Part shown: positions 57,381 to 64,000 of the stretch, piece after piece
How positions within the stretch are numbered: the first letter of the stretch is position 1
How the letters are laid out: the number at the start of each line of letters is the position of its first letter
The notes under the pieces: generated by a model
Databases searched by the model: none
What the model saw: only the letters and a program-made list of their open reading frames with translations
Told to the model about the DNA's origin: nothing
Virus record (IMG/VR): IMGVR_UViG_3300009712_000884
Location: 7,795-71,794 of that record
DNA from: a virus
Taxonomy: Duplodnaviria > Caudoviricetes
Direction: 5' to 3' (one strand)
Length of the DNA: 64,000 nucleotides
Translations under genes and position numbers: made by a program

Positions 57381-58454
57381 ATGAAAAGAAAGGAGCAAAA
57401 TCAACAGGTGATTGATTGCACTGGTAAAACATGTCCTAAGTGTGGTGCTCCATTGATACCGATGACTGCTAAATCAGGTTCAATGTTTTGTGGTTGTCCA
57501 AACTGTGATGCACAGTTAAGAGGAGCACAAACAACACTCGAGCCATTTAAGAAGGGTGTAGACTATACAGAGCAGATTGATAAGGTTGAAAGGTTAAAGC
57601 TTGGTGATGGTGTGGTTGTTGACAATTCAGCATCAGAGTATTATGGTAGAGAAGGGAAAATAACAGGTTTTGATCCAACCGACAACACTAAAGCACTTGT
57701 TGAATGGCGAAACCCCGAAGGAAGTGAGCTTGTATGTTATATTGACATACATGATTTAAAGAAATTATACACTGCAAATTCTGAGTTAAGGGACATTTAT
57801 GAAAAAGAAGCTATTATAAAGAGATACATGTTTGACGATGAATCTAGAACTAGTAGTTTTAAAAAAGTTGCACCTTTTAAATCACCGCAGCAAGAAGCAT
57901 GGATGTGGATAAACGAGCCAGAAATTGCAAAGAAATGGTATAAAGAACACGGACATCATCTAGGTTATAAGAGTTGGTTAAAGAATAAAAAAAGAAAGAA
58001 AAAAGGTAAATTATTAAAAGTAGGTATGGGGTTGTATACAGTCGTTGTATTCAAGAGAGGTGTGACCAAGGATAGTCTTTATGGATGTGTATTTAATTTT
58101 GTTTATACATTTGATAAAGAGCATTACAGTAGAGTTATAAACAAGTTATTATCAATACCATTTTTCGCAGTTACAAATATTGTGGATAGAAACGGAAGAA
58201 GATACTGTGAACTTCAGCCTTACAATGAAAACCAGCATGTTATAGCAGAAGATTTAGATTTACAAGGTGTATTTGTTGACAGTGAATTACTTACTCCTTT
58301 TTTTCCATCCGCCGAAGGGGTGATGTATGTAGAAAGAAAGTCACAACTCAGGAATGACGTCTTATTAGAAGAACATGATAAACCTTGGAAACAGATAGAA
58401 AAAGAATTCGGTAAGATAGAGTTGTCAAGATACAAAAAAGCACAGTTTAGTTAA
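57381..58454 (+). CDS. Mosaic multi-module protein (C4 Zn ribbon, SH3/KOW-like, PFKS module, ankyrin-gene tail remnant)
   Basis: CPKCG..CGCPNC; LKLGDGVVV..GREGKI; PFKSPQQEAWMW..PEIAKKW; C-terminus shared with the 17578 ankyrin gene. Confidence 0.6.
   Translation: MKRKEQNQQVIDCTGKTCPKCGAPLIPMTAKSGSMFCGCPNCDAQLRGAQTTLEPFKKGVDYTEQIDKVERLKLGDGVVVDNSASEYYGREGKITGFDPTDNTKALVEWRNPEGSELVCYIDIHDLKKLYTANSELRDIYEKEAIIKRYMFDDESRTSSFKKVAPFKSPQQEAWMWINEPEIAKKWYKEHGHHLGYKSWLKNKKRKKKGKLLKVGMGLYTVVVFKRGVTKDSLYGCVFNFVYTFDKEHYSRVINKLLSIPFFAVTNIVDRNGRRYCELQPYNENQHVIAEDLDLQGVFVDSELLTPFFPSAEGVMYVERKSQLRNDVLLEEHDKPWKQIEKEFGKIELSRYKKAQFS
58362..58427 (+). repeat. 66-bp dispersed repeat; second copy at 18067-18132
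   Basis: 60/66 nt identical; both copies encode LLEExxKPWxQIExEFGKIELS. Confidence 0.95.
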
Positions 58455-58477
58455 AAGATGTAAAGGAGGTAAAATAA

Positions 58478-58918
58478 ATGAGTTATAGAAATCAAGTAAA
58501 ACAAGCACAGACGAGTAATCAGAAGACAGGTGATATGGTAAAAGATGTTGATGTGAAGATAGAGCCTGTTAAAGAAATACCTGAAACAGAAGAGCAGGAA
58601 GCTGTCGATATACTTAGTGAAGAACTTGGTGATAAAAACAAACCAGAAGGAGAAACAGTTGTTGATACTGAGAAAAAATCTGAGACAAGTGATGTAACAA
58701 AAAGAATAAAGCAAGTAGTTGAAGATGTAAAGAAGTTAAAGATAGCAATTCAGAACTATTTAATGAGTTCATATAAATTGAAATTATCTGAAGATGAACT
58801 TGACGAGCTTATGAGAAAGATATTATCTGCATTATCAAGTATAGTAGCAGATATTACAAGTGAGCGTGTTGAAAGTTTAGCAGAGAATGCAAATATATTA
58901 TTACCTTCAAAAAAATGA
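58478..58918 (+). CDS. Hypothetical protein with KQAQ leader
   Basis: AAGGAGGT RBS; MSYRNQVKQAQ. Confidence 0.6.
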   Translation: MSYRNQVKQAQTSNQKTGDMVKDVDVKIEPVKEIPETEEQEAVDILSEELGDKNKPEGETVVDTEKKSETSDVTKRIKQVVEDVKKLKIAIQNYLMSSYKLKLSEDELDELMRKILSALSSIVADITSERVESLAENANILLPSKK

Positions 58919-59199
58919 AAGAAAAAGAGAAAGAGTTTATTAAAAAAATACAACAATCAAAATCGATTGACGAATTAAAAGATTTAGTAGATAATTTTGT
59001 ACATACTGGTGCTGTGGAAAACGAGGAAAAGATTGATGCATTACTTGGTATATTGGATCAGGTACAGGTATTACGGAATGCTATAATTTATTTACAGAAT
59101 TATAGCATTGATAATGTGCGTTTACTTTCAAAAGTTCAGGAGTTGGTTGATGAAGTAAATGAGTTGCTTGATGAAACTCGGGTTACAGGAGGTGAATAA
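58915..59199 (+). CDS. Small helical hypothetical protein
   Basis: ATGA overlap; abuts the portal gene. Confidence 0.55.
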   Translation: MKEKEKEFIKKIQQSKSIDELKDLVDNFVHTGAVENEEKIDALLGILDQVQVLRNAIIYLQNYSIDNVRLLSKVQELVDEVNELLDETRVTGGE

Positions 59200-59201
59200 A
59201 G

Positions 59202-60848
59202 ATGCGGATAATAACAAGCAACCTAGACGACGAGTTTAGTAAAGCACGTGTGCAGAAATCATATGTTGTAACCGGTGAAGAAGAACTTTTAAAAAGAGCA
59301 AGTCGTGCACGTGTTGTTAGAGGTTCTCTTGCACCTTCTACAACACGAGTTGTTGAACCATTTTATTCGCCGTTTCTTGAGCGAACAACAATTGAACTTC
59401 CAACGAGTTATAAAGACAGAGTAAAATGGAGAAGGTATTTCTTTGAAAACGAACCTATAGTAGGAGCAGCACTCGAGCTTCATGCTGTATTTCCACTTTC
59501 AACATTTTGGATTGCACACGAGGATTCTATAATAAAACAAGATTTTGAAGATATGTGTGAAGAACTGGAGTTATTTGAATTTTTACTTGATATGTTGTTA
59601 GAGTATTGGATTTGTGGTGAGTGCTTTACATATGGGCTTTTTGACGATGCAGAAGATCCAACGATGTGGACTGAGTTTATACTTCTTGATCCTATGAAGA
59701 TTGATGTTAAGTGGGAACCTCTTGTTAGAAGTAAGAGAAAAGAAATAATTAGTCTTGAGCCATCAGATATGTTGAAAACAATTGTACAGAATGGACCGTC
59801 ACACGAGGAAACAGGTGAGCTTTATCAGATGTTGTCTCAAGATATAATCGATGTAGTAAGAAAAGGACAGCATCTTGTTTTAAATAATTTACAAGTTTCT
59901 CATATAAAGAGAAAAGGGAATTATTTTAATCCTCGAGGAACATCAATTATTGACAGATGTTTTAAACTATTAATGTATCGTGATAAGCTAAGGTCTGCAC
60001 AATATGCAATTGCTGATAGACATATTACACCACGTGAGTTTTATTTTCTCGGGGAGACAGGGGATCCAGCTTCACAAGATGAAATTAATGATTTTAGAGA
60101 TCTTCTAGCACAGCAATGGTCACAGCCAAACCAAGCTATAGTTTATCACCATGCAGTACGTGTTCAATGGGAAGGAGCAGCAGGACGTGTATTACCATTG
60201 CAACCTGAATTTGATTATATTGATAAACAGTTATTTGTTGCATTGCTAATAAACGAAGGGGTATTAACAGCTGAACGTCAACCTTATGCATCAACATCAG
60301 TTGCTCTTGATGTTATGATACAACGGTATTTAAATGTAAGAATGAGAATACAGAATTGGATTGAAAACAGAGTATTTAAGCCTATTTGTAAAATACATAA
60401 AATTTACAGAAGAACAGAAAACGAGTTGAAACATAGAATACGTTTGTCGGTAGATGAGGAGCGGTTGTGGATACCGAAAGTAAAGTGGGATAAGGAAGAT
60501 TTAAGAAATGATTTAAACAAAATAAGATTACTTGTTGAACTAGCAGATAAAGGTTGGATTCCGAGGGACATGGTATTGCCATATCTTAATGTTGATCCTG
60601 AAATAGCGAGAAAAGGAATAAAAGAACAGAAGATAAGAGATGCACGTGAGGGAATTACACCTTCTTCGGCTACAGGCGGTGGAATGATGGGTATGCCTGG
60701 TGTAATACCTGAAGTACCTCCGGAAGGTGAAATAGGTGAAGAAGCAAATTTACCTGAAATACCTGAAACTCCTGCACAAGGATATGGAGAAGCAGTACCT
60801 CCAGAAGCACACGAAGGTGAAGAAGGAACATTACCAACTGCTATATAA
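59202..60848 (+). CDS. Portal protein (probable)
   Basis: YFFENEPIVGAALELHAVFPL, L..LLEYW..GE, RGTSII.R, acidic Pro/Gly-rich tail; size and head-region context. Confidence 0.72.
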   Translation: MRIITSNLDDEFSKARVQKSYVVTGEEELLKRASRARVVRGSLAPSTTRVVEPFYSPFLERTTIELPTSYKDRVKWRRYFFENEPIVGAALELHAVFPLSTFWIAHEDSIIKQDFEDMCEELELFEFLLDMLLEYWICGECFTYGLFDDAEDPTMWTEFILLDPMKIDVKWEPLVRSKRKEIISLEPSDMLKTIVQNGPSHEETGELYQMLSQDIIDVVRKGQHLVLNNLQVSHIKRKGNYFNPRGTSIIDRCFKLLMYRDKLRSAQYAIADRHITPREFYFLGETGDPASQDEINDFRDLLAQQWSQPNQAIVYHHAVRVQWEGAAGRVLPLQPEFDYIDKQLFVALLINEGVLTAERQPYASTSVALDVMIQRYLNVRMRIQNWIENRVFKPICKIHKIYRRTENELKHRIRLSVDEERLWIPKVKWDKEDLRNDLNKIRLLVELADKGWIPRDMVLPYLNVDPEIARKGIKEQKIRDAREGITPSSATGGGMMGMPGVIPEVPPEGEIGEEANLPEIPETPAQGYGEAVPPEAHEGEEGTLPTAI

Positions 60849-60869
60849 ATAAAATAACAAGGAGTAAAA

Positions 60870-62114
60870 ATGTTTGATGCATTATTAAGAAAGTTAAAAT
60901 TAGTAAAAGGACAGAAACAAGAAGGTGAACAAGAGCAGGATGTAACAAGAAAGCAAAGGACAGAGAATAAGCTAGAGTTACTTTTTCAGGATACAGTTTC
61001 TTTGGATAAGAAGATACAGTTGTTAAATAAGGTAATTGGGGATGCAAATCAATTAGCTGCATTAAAGGAATATTTTTATTCAAATCCGCAACCTGTTGTT
61101 AAGTTGTGGACAGATGTGATTAATAATGCTATACAAAATGGTAAAAAAGATTTGTGGAACAAATATGTTTATTTTTTTGAAGCAACACTTGGAGTTGAGC
61201 CTGAGTTTTTAGTTACTGTGTTAACTCCAAAACAGATACTATGGAAATTCGCTTCTTATAATGTGCTTTTAAAGAATGAGATTTCTGCGTCTTGGGATGT
61301 CAAAAAGTATTTTCTTACATTTTTTACACAGAAACCTGAACTTTTTGACATGTTGTTGGAAGGTTATGATGACGAGGCACGATGTGAGATAGTAAAGCAG
61401 ATTGTAGATACATTATTTGCTTATTTTGGTACAGAAGGTCGTGAGTTGATAGGAAAGTTAATAAGGAATTCGCGGTTTATTACACCTGATAAACTATGTC
61501 GGTATTATGTAAGTAAAAAGTATAATACATCGATTCTTGAAGAGTTATTTACAGGAAAAGAATTAAAGTTAAAGAAAACAGAGTTGACTTTGCACGAGAA
61601 AACAGTTGATGAAGAGATGAAGCAAAAAACTTATGTTTTACCTACTTATATATTACAAACTTTTCTTGGAATTCCCGAAGCAGAGCAAATAATATCTCGT
61701 TTACTGTTGTTTTTCAAATCAATTTTAACAGGCGAGCAAACTAATGATAAAATAACAGGGTTTGGTGTGCATTTGCACGAGAAACTACAAAGCGATGGTG
61801 ATATACCTGTTGCTGATATTGCGAAAGTATTAAAAAGGTTTGGACTTTTACCTGCTTCGTTACAAAAGCAAACACCGTTAAGCGAGGATTCAGCTGATAG
61901 TTGGACAGGTGAGGAGTTGTATGCATTTGTTGGGCAGCTTTCATTAGTAGTGCATAGTTGGCTTGATTTAAGTAAAAAGTATAGAGAAAAAGGTATAAAG
62001 TTGTTTCCATATAAGCTTGGTGTACAAAAACCAAATCAGGTGTATGATGGTTTTTCAAAAGGTTTTGCTTTTGTACTTTATTTGCCAGATATTCTGCCTG
62101 CTAATGTTTCATGA
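60870..62114 (+). CDS. Helical hypothetical protein; probably the N-terminal part of a roughly 920-aa frame continuing to 63632
   Basis: AAGGAG RBS; KLVKGQ leader; ends at TGA 62112 in frame with the next ORF. Confidence 0.55.
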   Translation: MFDALLRKLKLVKGQKQEGEQEQDVTRKQRTENKLELLFQDTVSLDKKIQLLNKVIGDANQLAALKEYFYSNPQPVVKLWTDVINNAIQNGKKDLWNKYVYFFEATLGVEPEFLVTVLTPKQILWKFASYNVLLKNEISASWDVKKYFLTFFTQKPELFDMLLEGYDDEARCEIVKQIVDTLFAYFGTEGRELIGKLIRNSRFITPDKLCRYYVSKKYNTSILEELFTGKELKLKKTELTLHEKTVDEEMKQKTYVLPTYILQTFLGIPEAEQIISRLLLFFKSILTGEQTNDKITGFGVHLHEKLQSDGDIPVADIAKVLKRFGLLPASLQKQTPLSEDSADSWTGEELYAFVGQLSLVVHSWLDLSKKYREKGIKLFPYKLGVQKPNQVYDGFSKGFAFVLYLPDILPANVS

Positions 62115-62120
62115 AAGATA

Positions 62121-63632
62121 TTGAGTCAGTTACACAGTGCATTTCCTCACGCAAGGGAAAAACGTTCAGTTCCAGGATTAGGTCAAGTTGAGGTACCTGT
62201 TATTGGATGGGTAAGGATTTTGCCTTATTATATAAAGAAGATTGACTATGAGACGACGGAGAGTAAATATATTTGGTTAATAAACGAAATTCAGTCAGAT
62301 TTGTTACAGAATACACATGATTTACCTAAGAAGTTTCCTGACGCGCCAGAGGGTATGAGAGGTACATTGGAAAACATGTTTAAAGATTATCCAAAGGTAT
62401 TTATGAATATAGTTATAAAGAAAGCAAAAAGAGCAGGTGTTTCTGAAATCTGGATTCCTACCAGTGGTGAACTGAAACGTTGTTGGAGTGTCGGAGGTGA
62501 GAAAGTATTACAGTTGTTTCAAAGAGTTTATGATGGTCTTGCTGATTTCTATGGTGCGAAATTGATTGATGTAAAAAAGGAGCATGGTAAAGAGGTAATT
62601 GGTGATTTTGGTAATAGTTCTAAGGGTATACGTCAAGTATGGGTATTGGATGTTAATCAAGCAATGAGCAAAGTCGCAATGACGGTGTTGGATAATGAAG
62701 ACGAGAGAATGGAGGAAGATTTTAGTAAAACAGAAGAATTATTTAGCTGTAAAAAAGCACAGTTAACAGAAGAACCCGATTTCAGAGATAATTCTGTTTT
62801 AATACAGCAAGTAATGAGTTATATTGAAACTTATGTTAAAACTTGGTTTAGACAAATGAGAGGACAGATAGGTGAAGATTATGCAGGTTTTTCGGACGAA
62901 GAACTTGTGAGAGATGGTTTAATTAGTGCAATACAGATGTTAAGTGAAGGAGCATTACCAGCAATACCCGAGAATTTAAGATCAGAAGAGGAATTTTATG
63001 TATATGTGTTGAATAAGTTAAGAGAAAAACATTTTGAATATCCCGAAGATGTTGAATCTGTTGTTGGTCAAGCTTTATCGACTTTTACAAGTCAAGTGAC
63101 ACCAACAACCAGACAAATTGAATTACCCAGGGAAGATGTAATAGAGTTAGGCCCAGAGAGGGAGAATGAAATTCTTGATAAGTTGGTTGAGTTAACAAAG
63201 AAAAAGAGAGAACAAGGTTTAACCGAAGAAGAAGAAATGTGGTACGAGCTATATACATCGTTGCTTCACGGAAGAAAAGCACAATTTGACGATGCTACAA
63301 GAAATCAAGATGTTTTACAGTATGTGAGTGTTGTTGCAGCTGCTGTAGCTGCTTTTATAACAACATATACTCAAGTGATTGAGAGTGCACAAGAACAAGA
63401 TGAGTTAAATCAGCGATTTTCACACGAAGAGTTAATAAATTATGCATTTACTGAGTTTATAAAGAGAGTACGTGGAGGTGAAATTCTAGTATTACCATAT
63501 TTTCTTATGGACAATAAGAGATTTTTCAAAGAAGTGTTAAAATATCTAGAAACAGAGTATTCATTTCCATTAAAAGAATCCTCGGTTGACGACGCTTTCG
63601 TTGTTAGTTTTGAATATCCGATTGAGAGGTAA
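62121..63632 (+). CDS. Multi-module protein with an EIQSD-type domain and KKAQ/RKAQ-delimited acidic modules
   Basis: H...GWVR..INEIQSD..KAKRAG..IWIPT..YD; KKAQ at 62751, RKAQ at 63273; TTG start lacks an RBS. Confidence 0.55.
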   Translation: MSQLHSAFPHAREKRSVPGLGQVEVPVIGWVRILPYYIKKIDYETTESKYIWLINEIQSDLLQNTHDLPKKFPDAPEGMRGTLENMFKDYPKVFMNIVIKKAKRAGVSEIWIPTSGELKRCWSVGGEKVLQLFQRVYDGLADFYGAKLIDVKKEHGKEVIGDFGNSSKGIRQVWVLDVNQAMSKVAMTVLDNEDERMEEDFSKTEELFSCKKAQLTEEPDFRDNSVLIQQVMSYIETYVKTWFRQMRGQIGEDYAGFSDEELVRDGLISAIQMLSEGALPAIPENLRSEEEFYVYVLNKLREKHFEYPEDVESVVGQALSTFTSQVTPTTRQIELPREDVIELGPERENEILDKLVELTKKKREQGLTEEEEMWYELYTSLLHGRKAQFDDATRNQDVLQYVSVVAAAVAAFITTYTQVIESAQEQDELNQRFSHEELINYAFTEFIKRVRGGEILVLPYFLMDNKRFFKEVLKYLETEYSFPLKESSVDDAFVVSFEYPIER

Positions 63633-64000
63633 ATGATGACTTTTTTTACAAAATCATTTAAATACAAAAAAGCACAGTTAACAGAAGACGAAGAAGAATT
63701 ATTTGAAGCTGTTAAACAAGGTAATATAGACAAAGCCAAAGAATTACTTGATAAAGGTGTTAGTGTAAATGTAGTGACTAATGCTAGCTGGTCACTACTT
63801 TATTTAGCTGCGTGGGAAGGATATGTAGACATAGTCAAACTTCTACTTGACCATGGAGCTGATATAAATGTACAAAGTATGAGTGGTCGAACACCACTTC
63901 ATTACGCTGTGTGGAACAGGTACACAGACATAGTCAAACTTCTACTTAACCATGGAGCTAATGTAGATGTAAGAGACAACGAAGGTTGGACACCACTTCA
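63633..64000 (+). CDS. Ankyrin-repeat protein with KKAQ leader (3'-truncated by window; absent from the ORF track)
   Basis: MMTFFTKSFKYKKAQLTEDEEELFEAVKQGNIDKAKELLDKG..LLYLAA..GRTPLHYA..GWTPL. Confidence 0.92.
   Translation, partial: MMTFFTKSFKYKKAQLTEDEEELFEAVKQGNIDKAKELLDKGVSVNVVTNASWSLLYLAAWEGYVDIVKLLLDHGADINVQSMSGRTPLHYAVWNRYTDIVKLLLNHGANVDVRDNEGWTPL

Larger units (their letters stand above)
1..64000 (+). mobile_element. Fragment of a large tailed dsDNA phage (Caudoviricetes) genome
   Basis: Terminase small/large and portal, phage-type replication/recombination genes and phage sigma factors; all genes co-oriented; no host housekeeping operons; no integrase in window. Confidence 0.93.

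Noticed and set aside
60844-60851. T4-type late promoter TATAAATA
   Set aside because: Only one copy noticed in very AT-rich DNA and no gp55/gp33-like context; not distinguishable from chance
2347-63739. Minus-strand and nested short ORFs in the track
   Set aside because: They are shadows of well-supported + strand genes, with no motifs or RBS
1-64000. Genome-wide stop-codon reassignment (TGA or TAG)
   Set aside because: Many well-defined genes end in TGA with ATGA overlaps (e.g. 13238, 21447, 32365, 44092), and TAG/TAA also end genes; only isolated in-frame stops were seen
1-64000. tRNA/rRNA genes
   Set aside because: No cloverleaf or rRNA-like sequence seen in the short intergenic gaps; a tRNAscan-SE run would be needed to exclude them fully

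Overview
This is 64 kb of an AT-rich, densely coding genome with every credible gene on the + strand. It is best read as part of a large tailed dsDNA bacteriophage of an anaerobic bacterium (strong AGGAGG RBSs, sigma70-type promoters, NrdD). Left to right: (1) tail end of a probable structural region. (2) Replication genes: SNF2 helicase, DnaC-like loader, DnaB, DNA methyltransferase, UDG-PolA fusion, primase. (3) A 7-deazaguanine DNA-modification set (folE2, queD, queE, queF, a TGT-fold DpdA-like gene; queC lies 20 kb away), interleaved with extra tailoring/salvage enzymes (PRTase, NDT-like, GNAT, amidohydrolase, pyruvyltransferase). (4) Five tandem sigma70 promoters in front of a phage sigma factor and a recombination module (gp32-like SSB, RecA, SbcCD). 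(5) A glycosyltransferase/NDP-sugar island, then NrdD and terminase. (6) Between terminase and beyond the portal, accessory proteins (Doc/Fic, ankyrin, EIQSD-domain and others) whose domains are preceded or separated by a recurring [KR]-x-A-Q motif, with DNA-level evidence of cassette shuffling. These may be protease-matured virion cargo polyproteins. All functional calls come from motif reading by eye; no database search was run. No tRNA, rRNA, CRISPR array or intein was seen.
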